Origin: Stieleria maiorica
GTDB lineage: Bacteria; Planctomycetota; Planctomycetia; Pirellulales; Pirellulaceae
Assembly (NCBI RefSeq): GCF_008035925.1
Contig: NZ_CP036264.1
Span: forward strand, 2,412,443-2,476,442
DNA length: 64,000 bases
Direction of reading: 5' to 3'
The translations under genes and the position numbers were made by a program. Below the pieces are notes generated by a model, which saw nothing but the letters and a program-made list of their open reading frames with translations, ran no database searches and was not told the origin of the DNA. Below, in pieces: positions 1-9,286 of this stretch. Positions within the stretch are counted from its first letter, which is position 1. The number at the start of each line of letters is the position of its first letter.

Positions 1-22
1 CCATCCGAGGAGATATCCCACC

Positions 23-1081
23 ATGCCTGCCCAGCGTCCCTGTTTCCTCCAGCCGGCAGCCCTCCAGCCCGCAACCCGCCGGCCCCAACGAAACGCCTTC
101 ACCCTGGTGGAACTGCTGGTCGTGATCGCCATCATCGGCATTTTGGTCGGGCTGTTGCTGCCGGCCGTCCAAGCGGCCCGTGAGGCGGCGCGGCGGATGA
201 GCTGCACCAATAACATGAAGCAGATCATTTTGGCGGTTCACAACTACGAATCGGCGACCAAGCGGCTGCCCCCGGCCTGGACGCGACCGGCGATGACCGG
301 TGACGGCTGGTCGACCCAAGCCAGGATCTTGCCGTATGTCGAGAACGTCTCGTTGGCGTCGGCGATCGATTTCGGAGCCGGCTATGGAGCGGCCCGGATC
401 ACGGTCGACGGCGAATCGATCAAGGTTTCCAGCTTCCGCGTGCCGGTCTACCTGTGCCCCAGCGATGTCAACGACTTTGAACGCCCCGATGACGACGGCA
501 ACCCCTATCACTACCCGCTCAGCTACGGATACAACGCCGGCCCTTGGTTTGTGTTCAACCCCAACACGAACGAAACCGGCCCCGGATCGTTTGCCACCGG
601 ACGCCCGTCGCGGTTCCGAGACGTGTTGGACGGATTGAGCAACACCTTGGGCTTCGGTGAAGTCAAAGCTCGGACGGCGTACTACCGCGACGTGGAGATC
701 GCCGGAGACATCGACATTCCGACCGAACCGGCAGACATCTGCGCCCTGGGCGGCAGCCTGAAGACCGACACCGGTCACACCGAATGGGTCGACGGACGCG
801 TTCACCAATCGGGGTTCACGACGACGTTTTCCCCGAACCGCAAGGTGCTGTGCACCGCCAGCGGCCGCGAATTCGATGTGGACTTCACCAACATCCGCGA
901 AGGCAAGGACACGACGGCACTGACCCAGGCCGCCGTCACCTCACGCAGCTATCACCAAGGCGGCGTGAACGTCACGATGATGGACGGTTCGGTCCGCTTC
1001 ATCACCGATTCGATCAACCTGGAACTGTGGCGAAACCTGTCCACACGGGCCGGCGGCGAAACCGTGACCGTGCCGGAGTAA
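23..1081 (+). CDS. DUF1559 family protein with prepilin-type N-terminal cleavage/methylation motif (planctomycete-specific)
   Basis: The N-terminus FTLVELLVVIAIIGILVGLLLPAVQAAREAARRMSCTNNMKQI matches a type IV pilin-like leader. The C-terminal MMDGSVRF motif is typical of DUF1559 (H-X9-DG) proteins that are abundant in Planctomycetes. The ORF is complete. Confidence 0.8.
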   Translation: MPAQRPCFLQPAALQPATRRPQRNAFTLVELLVVIAIIGILVGLLLPAVQAAREAARRMSCTNNMKQIILAVHNYESATKRLPPAWTRPAMTGDGWSTQARILPYVENVSLASAIDFGAGYGAARITVDGESIKVSSFRVPVYLCPSDVNDFERPDDDGNPYHYPLSYGYNAGPWFVFNPNTNETGPGSFATGRPSRFRDVLDGLSNTLGFGEVKARTAYYRDVEIAGDIDIPTEPADICALGGSLKTDTGHTEWVDGRVHQSGFTTTFSPNRKVLCTASGREFDVDFTNIREGKDTTALTQAAVTSRSYHQGGVNVTMMDGSVRFITDSINLELWRNLSTRAGGETVTVPE

Positions 1082-1112
1082 ACGGCAGGTGCGAGTTGGA
1101 TGGACCGATCTG

Positions 1113-1200
1113 GCGTAGCGGAACTCGCGGAGAGTTTCGATCGCCCTAAACGGAGTCGTGCTGTTGGCGAGCCGAAAGCCTTGGCGGCTTCCGCTACGCG
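1113..1200. repeat. REP-like hairpin element (module GCGTAGCGGAA...GCCGAAAGCCTTGGCGGCTTCCGCTACGC)
   Basis: An inverted repeat GCGTAGCGGAA/TTCCGCTACGC sits in the gap between the convergent DUF1559 and mtnA genes. The same module recurs at 33961-33989 and, reversed, at 43108-43140. Confidence 0.5.
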
Positions 1201-2225
1201 TTGGCGAAGTGCTCTGCGACGGCATCACGCGAGGGCTGCTTGATCACGCCGCGTTCAGTGATGATGGCCGTGACCAATTCGGCGGGGGTGACGTCGAAGG
1301 CGGGATTGAGCACGTCGGCGGCGTCGGGGACGATGCGGACGCCATGCGGCGCGGCGACTTCTTCGCGACCGCGCTGTTCGATCGGGATGTCGTCGCCGCA
1401 ATCAAGTTGTAAATCGAACGTGTTGGTCGGGGCGGCGACATAAAACGGCAACCCGTGATGTTTGGCCAACACCGCGACGGGATAGGTTCCGATTTTGTTG
1501 GCCACATCACCGCGTGCGGTGATCCGGTCGGCCCCGACGATCACGGCTTGGATCTTTCCCAGTCGCATCAACGATCCCGACATCGAATCGGTGATCACGG
1601 TGACATCGACGCCGGCTTGCGAGAGTTCCCATGCGGTCAAGCGTCCGCCTTGCAACAGCGGGCGGGTTTCGTCGGCGATGACTTTCGGCGCGTCGCCGGT
1701 CTGGTGCAGGTGATAGATCGGTGCGAGCGCGGTGCCCCAGGTCGACGTGGCCAACCCGCCGGCATTGCAATGCGTCAGCACGGTTTGGACATCGGCCAGC
1801 AAGGGTGCGCCATTGCGTCCGATCGCGTGACACATCTGGCGGTCTTCCTCGTGAATCCGCGTGGCCTCGGCGACCAATGCGTCTTTCAATTCAGCCTCCG
1901 GCGTGGAGTCAACGATCTGCCGCATGCGATCGAGCGCCCAGAACAAATTGACCGCGGTGGGGCGGCTGGTGGCCAGGGACTCGATCGCGTCGATGTATCG
2001 CGACCGGCCGGGGGTACCGGTCTCATCCGCCGGAACGGCCAGGCAAACGCCGTAGGCCGCCGCGATGCCGATCGCCGGTGCGCCGCGAACGACCAAGCGC
2101 CGGATCGCGTCATGCGTCTGTGCGACGGAGGTGCAAACCAGCTCGGTCAATTCCCCCGGCAGCTTGGTTTGGTCGATCAAAATCAAACGGTGGTTTTCGA
2201 AGCGGAGTGTTTCGGGGGCGGTCAT
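1194..2225 (-). CDS. mtnA: S-methyl-5-thioribose-1-phosphate isomerase (eIF-2B alpha/beta/delta family)
   Basis: The translation (RFENHRLILIDQTKLP...VRGAPAIGIAAAYGV...CNAGGLAT...GADRI...NKIGTY) matches the MtnA/e2B2 family over its full length. Confidence 0.85.
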   Translation of the reverse strand: MTAPETLRFENHRLILIDQTKLPGELTELVCTSVAQTHDAIRRLVVRGAPAIGIAAAYGVCLAVPADETGTPGRSRYIDAIESLATSRPTAVNLFWALDRMRQIVDSTPEAELKDALVAEATRIHEEDRQMCHAIGRNGAPLLADVQTVLTHCNAGGLATSTWGTALAPIYHLHQTGDAPKVIADETRPLLQGGRLTAWELSQAGVDVTVITDSMSGSLMRLGKIQAVIVGADRITARGDVANKIGTYPVAVLAKHHGLPFYVAAPTNTFDLQLDCGDDIPIEQRGREEVAAPHGVRIVPDAADVLNPAFDVTPAELVTAIITERGVIKQPSRDAVAEHFANA

Positions 2226-2389
2226 GAATCAGACGACGGAATGGGAGCGGTTACTGGGGTTCACCCGAAGGCGTCTACACTGAACAATGTAGACCATCCC
2301 TGCTCGGGGGCGAACATGCCTGCTCCGGGGGCGAAGAAGACGCCCGGCCATCGGGTTGATGGGCCGTCCTACATCATGAGACTGATTCG

Positions 2390-3661
2390 TTGATCGCTTT
2401 TTGGATAACGCTACCGATCGAACTGCGATTGGTGTTGCTGGCCGTGATCGGGGTCATGCTCGGCGCGCTGGCCAACTGGGCGATCTATCGATTGGCGTGG
2501 GACGCGAGATTGATCGGTCCCTGGTCCCCGGCGGACCCACAGGCACCGCCGCGAAAGACATCGGATCGAATTCCGATCCTCGGTTGGCTCGGGTTGCGTC
2601 GCGAAGTCCCCCTGCACGGCAAAGCGTTTTGGGTTCGCCCGATGCTGATCGAGTTGTCGATGGCGATCGGGATACCGCTGTATTACTGGTTCGTTACGCA
2701 GACGGGGATGTTGCTGCCGCCGGCCGATCGCGTTCCGGTGGCGATCGCCGGGTATCAACCCTGGATGACGGTGGTTTTCGCATCGCACCTGATCCTGATT
2801 TCGTTGATGGTGGCGGCGACGTTCATTGATTTCGACGAACAAACGATTCCCGACGAGATCACGATCCCGGGGACGTTGATCGCGTTGGTCGTGGCATGCC
2901 TGGCGCAGAAAGACTCCTTTCTACCGGCGTTGGATCTGAATGGCGTGCTGGTTCCTGTTGCGTTTTATCTGCCGGCGCCGGCTGAGGCTCCGAAGTGGAC
3001 AGGTCCGGCGGGCTGGTGGACCGGCGTGGGGATTTGGACGATGTGGTGTTTTGCCCTCTCCAATCGACGGCTGATTCTGCGGCGCGGTCCGCTGAAGGCG
3101 TTCGAATACTTCTTCGCCTCGCTGGTGCGCAACAAGCCGTACAACCCATGGAAGCGGTTGCTAGCGATGTGGTTGATCGGAGCGGTGATCATCCGAATCA
3201 TCTTCGGCGTCGGCGGCGCCACGTGGATCGGATTGCTGACGGCGTTGATCGGGCTGGGGGTCGGCGGTGGGGTGGTCTGGGCGATTCGGATCGTCGGCAG
3301 CGTCGCGATGCGGCGCGAAGCGATGGGGTTCGGCGACGTGACGTTGATGGCGATGATCGGCGCGTTTATCGGCTGGCAAGGCGCGGTGATGTCGTTTTTC
3401 CTGGCGCCGATCGCCGCAATCGCGATCGTGCTGGTGTATTTCATCATCACCCGAAATTCCGAGATCCCGTTCGGTCCGTATCTGTGTGCCGGCACGCTGT
3501 TGTCCGTTTTTGGGTGGGATCGGCTGGTCAACGGGTGGTTCTTGGGCAATCTGGCGATTCTGGGGCCATTTATGCTTTGGCTGTTTCTTGCCCTAACGGG
3601 TATCATGGGGGTGATGCTTTATTTTTGGCGGGTCACAAAGGAGACGCTGTTCGGTGAATGA
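2390..3661 (+). CDS. prepilin peptidase (peptidase A24, PilD-like) homolog, divergent
   Basis: It is a polytopic membrane protein. The motif FIDFDEQTIPDEIT resembles the PilD first catalytic Asp box (IDxDxxxLPD), and GFGDVTLMAMIGAFIGWQG resembles the second (GGGDxKLLAALGAWLGWQ). The N-terminal region RIPILGWLGLRR...RPMLIELSMA resembles the PilD N-domain but lacks the CxxC zinc-finger cysteines. A large insertion lies between the two Asp boxes. Confidence 0.6.
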   Translation: MIAFWITLPIELRLVLLAVIGVMLGALANWAIYRLAWDARLIGPWSPADPQAPPRKTSDRIPILGWLGLRREVPLHGKAFWVRPMLIELSMAIGIPLYYWFVTQTGMLLPPADRVPVAIAGYQPWMTVVFASHLILISLMVAATFIDFDEQTIPDEITIPGTLIALVVACLAQKDSFLPALDLNGVLVPVAFYLPAPAEAPKWTGPAGWWTGVGIWTMWCFALSNRRLILRRGPLKAFEYFFASLVRNKPYNPWKRLLAMWLIGAVIIRIIFGVGGATWIGLLTALIGLGVGGGVVWAIRIVGSVAMRREAMGFGDVTLMAMIGAFIGWQGAVMSFFLAPIAAIAIVLVYFIITRNSEIPFGPYLCAGTLLSVFGWDRLVNGWFLGNLAILGPFMLWLFLALTGIMGVMLYFWRVTKETLFGE

Positions 3662-4424
3662 GAACATGAACAATCACGATCGCGGGTACGGTTTCACGAA
3701 CCTGGTTTCGGCCGGCGCAAGGTGCCTGGTCGGCGCTGCGATCTTGGGACTGATGTGCGGGTGTGTTGACACACCGGTTGCATCCGAGCCAGTCGTCACC
3801 GAACCCTCCGAACCGGTGGTCTTGGTCGGCGATTCGTCATCGTCCGAAGTGAAACCCGAGCCCGCGAGCGAAACCGCAAACGCAACGAAGGGCGAAGAAG
3901 CATCCAGCGAAAAAGCCCCCGAATCGGAAGAGCAAACCGTGACAGAGTCGAACGAAAAGCCGGCGCCGAAACAAAAGTTGGATTTCGTCAAAGAGTACAA
4001 CGCACTGGATCGCAACGCCGCCTACGTGATCTTGAACAAGGGCACCGAACCGCCGGGGCCGGGCGGGTACACGATGACCAAGGACCCCGGCACCTACATC
4101 TGCCGTCAATGCAACGCACAGCTGTACCGCAGCGAAGATAAGTTCGAAAGCCATTGTGGCTGGCCGAGTTTTGACGATGAGATCAAGGGTGCGGTCCGGC
4201 GCCAAAGAGATGCCGATGGTTATCGAGTCGAGATCTTGTGCGCCAACTGTGACGGTCACCTGGGACATGTGTTTGAAGGTGAACGGTTCACCGAGAAGAA
4301 CACGCGGCACTGCGTCAATTCGATTTCGATGAAGTTCGTCCCCAAAGGCAAGGAACTGCCGCCCAAGCTGGTGATCGAAAAGGAAAAGGAACCGAAGGGG
4401 GATGCGGAGACGAAAGAGAATTAG
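3654..4424 (+). CDS. msrB: peptide-methionine (R)-S-oxide reductase MsrB with N-terminal lipoprotein/low-complexity extension
   Basis: The C-terminal half (GTEPPGPGGYTMTKDPGTYICRQCNAQLYRSEDKFESHCGWPSFDD...ILCANCDGHLGHVFEG...RHCVNS) is a canonical SelR/MsrB domain with two CxxC pairs. The N-terminal ~120 aa is Ser/Glu/Pro-rich after a signal sequence with a Cys. Confidence 0.85.
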   Translation: MNENMNNHDRGYGFTNLVSAGARCLVGAAILGLMCGCVDTPVASEPVVTEPSEPVVLVGDSSSSEVKPEPASETANATKGEEASSEKAPESEEQTVTESNEKPAPKQKLDFVKEYNALDRNAAYVILNKGTEPPGPGGYTMTKDPGTYICRQCNAQLYRSEDKFESHCGWPSFDDEIKGAVRRQRDADGYRVEILCANCDGHLGHVFEGERFTEKNTRHCVNSISMKFVPKGKELPPKLVIEKEKEPKGDAETKEN

Positions 4425-4530
4425 CGGGCCGAAGCGTTGGCGTGCAGGCTTGGGCCGACCATGGTCGCTGTGAACGCGGCGAGGGAATTCGCCTGAAGGC
4501 TAGACACCAACGGTTGCTTTAAATACCCCC

Positions 4531-4986
4531 GTGCCCTTTTTTGACAAGGCGTCTATTCCGATGCTCGTTTGGATCGATCGAATTTTGCTCCTGGCGCTGG
4601 TGATGGTGGTGGCGGTGCTCGTGTTCACTTCTTGGCCCGCCGCGATGGACGAGCAAACACTCGACGGCCAGGCGTTGCTGGTGCACATGATGGCCAGCGG
4701 AGTGCTGGTGATGGGGTTGCCGGTGTTCGCGTTGTTTTTTCTGCGATACCTGCCGGCCAAGCGGACGACGTCCTGGCTGCAAATCCTGGGCTACATCGCG
4801 ACCCTGGCTGCCGGACTGGTCACGATCGTCACGGTGTTCCTGTGCATGCTGCCGGTTGCGTCGACCCACCAGATGCATTCACTCATGTCGGTTCATGGCT
4901 GGGCGGGATTCATGATGATACCCGCGATCGTGTTGCTATTGATCGGAACGCGGGCTACACGATCAGCATCGCATCCCCATAGCTGA
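4531..4986 (+). CDS. small hypothetical integral membrane protein (about 4 TM helices)
   Basis: The ORF is hydrophobic throughout with no recognisable motif. It overlaps the 3' end of queA. Confidence 0.3.
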   Translation: MPFFDKASIPMLVWIDRILLLALVMVVAVLVFTSWPAAMDEQTLDGQALLVHMMASGVLVMGLPVFALFFLRYLPAKRTTSWLQILGYIATLAAGLVTIVTVFLCMLPVASTHQMHSLMSVHGWAGFMMIPAIVLLLIGTRATRSASHPHS

Positions 4987-6058
4987 AGAAGCGGTATTCG
5001 CTTTCGATCGCTTTGGCGTACGCCTCAAGAATCAGCTCGCGTGTGGCAAAGGCACTGACCAGCACCAGCAACGTGCTCTTGGGCAAGTGAAAATTGGTCA
5101 TCAACGCGTCGACGACCTGGAATCGGTAGGGCGGGCGGATGAACAGATCCGTGGTCGAGGTCCAGGCCCGCAGGTCACCCGAGAGGTCTGCGGCGGCGCT
5201 CTCGAGCACGCGGACGCTGGTCGTGCCGACGGCGACACAGCGGCCGCCGGAGGCCCTTCGCTGGACGATCAAGTCGGCGTTTTCCTCGGTGATCTGTCCC
5301 CACTCGGTGTGCATCTCGTGCTCCGACAGCGTCGCGGTGCTGATCGGACGGAACGTTCCCAGCCCGACGTGCAGCGTCACCGACGCGGTCTCGGTGCCTC
5401 CGTCGGCGATCTGACCGAGCAGACTGGGGGTGAAATGCAAACCGGCGGTCGGCGCGGCCACGCTGCCGGGCGTCTTGGCAAACACGGTTTGGTAATTGGA
5501 CACATCCGCATCGACCATGTGCCCGTCGCGAATGTACGGTGGCAGCGGCACGCGTCCGTAGCGACTGAGCCACTGATCGGCGCTGGCGGATTCTGACAAT
5601 TCGGCTTCATCGCCACCGAAGGCCAACCGATCGGCGGGGGGGCGAGGCAGCACGAGCATGTGCCCGTGTTCGGTCCGCGCGACTACTTCCAACCGCATGC
5701 CGGGCAACCCGTTGCGGTCTTCGATCGTGATGGTTTCGCCGGGAACCAGTTTTCCGCGGGTTTTGGTCAACACCTCCCAGATCCCTGTCTGGGCGTCTTC
5801 GCGCAAGAACAATCCCTGCCAGCGACCTTGGGTCCGAGTGCGGAACCCGACCATTCGCGCCGGGATGACGCGGCTGTCGTTCAGCACCAGTGTGTCTTCG
5901 CTTCGCAACAGGTCCGGCAGATCGCGCACATAGTGGTGTTCGATCTCGCCACTGCTGCGATGGACCAACATCAGCCGGGCGTCGCTGCGGGTCGCCAGCG
6001 GTTCCTGGGCGATTCGCTCACGGGGTAATTCGTAGTCATATAAATCGATTTCGCTCAT
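4955..6058 (-). CDS. queA: S-adenosylmethionine:tRNA ribosyltransferase-isomerase
   Basis: MSEIDLYDYELPRERIAQEPLATRSDARLMLV...GLHFT..LL...HVGLGTF.P...H.MH.E matches QueA throughout. I take the start at the internal Met, 45 nt downstream of the ORF-track start at 6103. Confidence 0.85.
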   Translation of the reverse strand: MSEIDLYDYELPRERIAQEPLATRSDARLMLVHRSSGEIEHHYVRDLPDLLRSEDTLVLNDSRVIPARMVGFRTRTQGRWQGLFLREDAQTGIWEVLTKTRGKLVPGETITIEDRNGLPGMRLEVVARTEHGHMLVLPRPPADRLAFGGDEAELSESASADQWLSRYGRVPLPPYIRDGHMVDADVSNYQTVFAKTPGSVAAPTAGLHFTPSLLGQIADGGTETASVTLHVGLGTFRPISTATLSEHEMHTEWGQITEENADLIVQRRASGGRCVAVGTTSVRVLESAAADLSGDLRAWTSTTDLFIRPPYRFQVVDALMTNFHLPKSTLLVLVSAFATRELILEAYAKAIESEYRFFSYGDAMLIV

Positions 6059-6170
6059 GGCCGAAGTGTAGCAGCCGGCCGTGCGATTGAAGATGGGAGG
6101 CAAGGCGGGCGACCGCTACGATCGGGGCCAAGTGAACGATCGGGAAGAGGCTGAAATCTGATTTGTTGGC

Positions 6171-7322
6171 GTGCCGAAACAGGGAGAGAATGCCGATCGA
6201 CAGGCCGGAAGCCTTTCCCATTTTTTCCCCGTTGTGATGCCGTATTACGACCTCAACGAACTTCGCCGAGCTGCGATGGGGCGGTGGGGCGAGATTTTGA
6301 TTTCCGCGGGCATCCCGGCAGCAGTCTTGGATGGTCGGAACCATCCCTGTCCCAAGTGTGGCGGGCGTGATCGATTCGCGGCATTTGGGGATCTGCAACA
6401 GCGTGGGGCGGTCCATTGCCGCCGTTGTTTTACCCGCGGCTGTGCGATCCGCCCGGGGGATGGGATCGCCACGCTGCGCTGGTGGCTGGGGTGTTCGTTT
6501 GCCGAATCGCTGGCTTTCCTGGCCGATGTGGTGGGCGTCCGGCCGGCCGTCGGCAGCCCCCGCAACCGACCGGCTGCGACTCCATCGTCCGGGTCAGCTT
6601 CATCGTCCTGCTCGGCGGCTGCGGTCCCCATCGACCAGTCTGCCGAAGCGATTGACAAGCACACCGCCTTCGCACGCGACGCCTATCACCGCATCGATGC
6701 TGCCACGCGTCGCCGGCTGGCCGAACAACTGACGGTCTCTCAGCACGCCTTACAGAGGCTCCGGGTCGGTGTGACCGCTGATGGCAACGGTTCCACATGG
6801 CCGATGCGAAATGAACACGAGCAAGTGATCGGCGTTCGCATCAGCGGTTTACCGTGGACGCAAAAACGAAACTGCAAATGGTCCCGCCGCGGCAGCCAAA
6901 GCGGGATCTTTATCGCCCGCCCAACCACCGGACCCGGCAGCACGAGAGGAATTCCGGAGACGCTGTATGTCACCGAAGGCGCCTCGGACACCGCAGCTGC
7001 GATCACGTTGGGCTGGTGGGCAATCGGAAGGGCCAGTTGCAGCGCGTCGACCTTTTTCGTCGACCGCTACATCCACCGACACCAGCCTCAACGACTTGCG
7101 ATCGTCGCCGACAATGATGAAGCCGGACGAAGCGGGGCCAAGCGATTGGCCAAGTCACTGTGCCAAACCCTGCCACGGTCCTTGAGCCACGTCGACGTGA
7201 TCGCTCCACCCGCACCGGCAAACGATCTCCGCGTCTGGGCGGCGATGTCTCCGATCAATCTGGCCGACGCCACAACGATCGCCACGATCCGATCGAAGAC
7301 GCAGAAGACGTTTCAGTTTTGA
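6171..7322 (+). CDS. phage/plasmid-type DNA primase: primase zinc-ribbon (CxxC-x17-CxxC with PCPxCGGxDRF) + Toprim domain
   Basis: [29 protein letters not shown] matches the Prim_Zn_Ribbon motif of P4-alpha/T7-gp4-type primases. The downstream [21 protein letters not shown]...[22 protein letters not shown] is a Toprim (E...DxD) fold. No helicase or D5_N domain follows. The true start may be Met23, near 6237. Confidence 0.6.
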   Translation: MPKQGENADRQAGSLSHFFPVVMPYYDLNELRRAAMGRWGEILISAGIPAAVLDGRNHPCPKCGGRDRFAAFGDLQQRGAVHCRRCFTRGCAIRPGDGIATLRWWLGCSFAESLAFLADVVGVRPAVGSPRNRPAATPSSGSASSSCSAAAVPIDQSAEAIDKHTAFARDAYHRIDAATRRRLAEQLTVSQHALQRLRVGVTADGNGSTWPMRNEHEQVIGVRISGLPWTQKRNCKWSRRGSQSGIFIARPTTGPGSTRGIPETLYVTEGASDTAAAITLGWWAIGRASCSASTFFVDRYIHRHQPQRLAIVADNDEAGRSGAKRLAKSLCQTLPRSLSHVDVIAPPAPANDLRVWAAMSPINLADATTIATIRSKTQKTFQF

Positions 7323-7328
7323 GTTTCA

Positions 7329-7390
7329 GGAGTTGGGAGTTGGGAGTTGGGAGTTGGGAGTTGGGAGTTGGGAGTTGGGAGTTGGGAGTT
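7329..7390. repeat. heptanucleotide microsatellite (GGAGTTG)x~9
   Basis: A perfect tandem 7-mer array begins 7 nt after the primase stop codon. An inverted copy, (CTCCCAA)n, lies at 63526-63552. Confidence 0.95.
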
Positions 7391-7437
7391 TCATTTTTCC
7401 GCCCCCATTTTTCTGTCAAATCTCAGCTGCTACTCGC

Positions 7438-7473
7438 AAAAAAAAAGCGTCAGCGGATCCGCTGACGCTTTTT
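7438..7473. terminator. bidirectional intrinsic terminator
   Basis: An A9 run, the perfect 22-nt palindrome GCGTCAGCGGATCCGCTGACGC, and a T5 run sit between the convergent primase (+) and 7499-8968 (-) genes. Confidence 0.75.
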
Positions 7474-7498
7474 CGTGATGCGGTGGTTGCGATCGGCT

Positions 7499-8968
7499 TT
7501 AGAAGCACACGGCGCGGTCGCCGGTGTGGATCTTCGCCAAGCTGGCTGCGTCAGTGACGGTTGCGACTGACTGGTTGCCATTGACGCTGTTGATCAGCAG
7601 GTGTGCCACCAAGCGTTCTCCAGTCAGGTACTGATGGTAAACGGTCACCGAGGATCCGGGACGCATGGCTTGGCCGCTTCGCAGGATGACGCGGCCCGAT
7701 TTCTGATCGACTCCGACGACGGTCGCCACGACGTTCTTTCGTGCGGCCGGTTTGGGGGCGATGCGAGCTTGATCGGCTTGAGCAGCTTCTTTGATCGGGA
7801 GTGCGACCGGCATCGGCAGGGCTTGCGGTTTTTGTTCCGCCGCCGGGGCAGACGTCGCCGCGTCGTCACTGAGCGACAGCGAAACCGGCTTGCTGATCGA
7901 GCGGGTTGCGGGGGCATCGGAAGTCGCGGTGACCGGTGAAATGGTGACCGGTTGGATCGCCATGCCGCCGATCATTTTGACCTGACCGACTTCGACATCG
8001 GATCGCTGGACCTTGGCAGCTTGAAACAGTTTCAACCCTTCGGCGGTTGTGGTTGTGTCGGCACCCGCGGCACCGCTTGCGGCATCTGTGGCGTCTTCTC
8101 GAATCGGGGCTTCCAGCACTTCGGCCCCGGAGGCACCGGCACCTTCACCCTGAATCCCCTCGGCCTCCTCGGTGCCTTCACCGGAAATCGGATCCGGGAC
8201 GACCGGCGGCGGAACCAATTCTTCGGGCACGTCCTCTTCGATCGGTCCGGTCGCTCGATTCGGGCAGCACACGCACAGGGCTTTTGCCGCGGCGGCTCGC
8301 ACGTCCGCGTTGGGCTCCAAGTGGCAACCGCTGTCGTCGCGTTCGTAGGCGATTTCGCTCAACCGTTTGGTCACCTTCTCGCTGCAGCAGGACGTCGATC
8401 CGCACTTGCTGCACCCTTCGCCATTGGCAGCCGTTTCGATCGCATCGATTGCCGCCAATCGGACGTCCGGCGTGCAGTCGTCCATGGCCGCGAGCAGGGC
8501 ATCGGTGATCTTGCCTTCCTTGTCGTAGCATCCGCAGCCCATCTTGGCCAGGAACTTGATCGCCTTGATCTTCTGGGCCTTCAGGTCCTCGGCTTGCTTG
8601 ATCTCCGCAGCCGCTTTGATCGCCGGGTTGGGGGATTCCAGGTTGGCCGGATCGCCGATCCGCTTCAGCGGGGGCTTTCGTTCCAGGCCGGGAAAGTTAC
8701 CGCGGCGGTTGACCGTGACGTCGCGGATTTTTTGGATGCCCTGAGGGATTCCGATGAACCGCCAGATGGTCGGCACCGGCGCCTCGGTGGGCGTTTGGGC
8801 GTCAGACGGGGATGCGGTGGAAATGGCTAACGCTGCCACCGAAATCCAAATGAGATGATTCGTTTTCACCGTGGCATTCCATTGCGGTTTGTGTTTCGAT
8901 GGCGTTTCGCGAGGGTGATCGAATGGCTCCGCAGGGCGTCGATCCCATCGTTTCGCACACACACCCAT
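7499..8968 (-). CDS. secreted Cys-rich protein with HEAT/armadillo-like repeats (hypothetical)
   Basis: It has an N-terminal signal-like hydrophobic segment. Repeated LAA.DD..P.VRLAAIDAI / VRAAAAKAL segments are HEAT-like, with multiple CxC/CC pairs and a Pro/Glu-rich linker. No catalytic motif was recognised. Confidence 0.45.
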   Translation of the reverse strand: MGVCAKRWDRRPAEPFDHPRETPSKHKPQWNATVKTNHLIWISVAALAISTASPSDAQTPTEAPVPTIWRFIGIPQGIQKIRDVTVNRRGNFPGLERKPPLKRIGDPANLESPNPAIKAAAEIKQAEDLKAQKIKAIKFLAKMGCGCYDKEGKITDALLAAMDDCTPDVRLAAIDAIETAANGEGCSKCGSTSCCSEKVTKRLSEIAYERDDSGCHLEPNADVRAAAAKALCVCCPNRATGPIEEDVPEELVPPPVVPDPISGEGTEEAEGIQGEGAGASGAEVLEAPIREDATDAASGAAGADTTTTAEGLKLFQAAKVQRSDVEVGQVKMIGGMAIQPVTISPVTATSDAPATRSISKPVSLSLSDDAATSAPAAEQKPQALPMPVALPIKEAAQADQARIAPKPAARKNVVATVVGVDQKSGRVILRSGQAMRPGSSVTVYHQYLTGERLVAHLLINSVNGNQSVATVTDAASLAKIHTGDRAVCF

Positions 8969-9286
8969 GCATGTGTCCTTACTATGGTGATCGGCAAATC
9001 ACCCACGTCAGTTCATTTGCAAAATGCGACTGAAGACAATCACGCCCCGGTTTCTGGCGAATCCTGTGAAAGATTGCCGATTGCGCGGATTGCACGACGG
9101 GCGTGATTGAGAAAAACTGCCGTGTGCTGTGTCCGAAAGACGTCAGAGCGGCAGAGTCCGTGGTCGAACGATCGGCGATTGACAGTTTCACGCGCACTGT
9201 TTCATCGGTACGGTTCGGTTGGAAAACTCAACTGAGATCAACCGGTTTGCGCACTTGGTCCCATTTCTTAATGGCCTGCGGAAAAA

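Noticed and set aside
6171-7322. Bacterial DnaG primase
   Set aside because: The zinc ribbon is of the phage/plasmid Prim_Zn_Ribbon type (CxxC...CxxC with DRF), not the DnaG CHC2 type. There are no DnaG RNA-polymerase or DnaB-interaction domains, and the protein is only 383 aa.
7160-7557. ORFs encoding [13 protein letters not shown] repeats
   Set aside because: They are translations of the (GGAGTTG)n microsatellite and the terminator region, so they are spurious.
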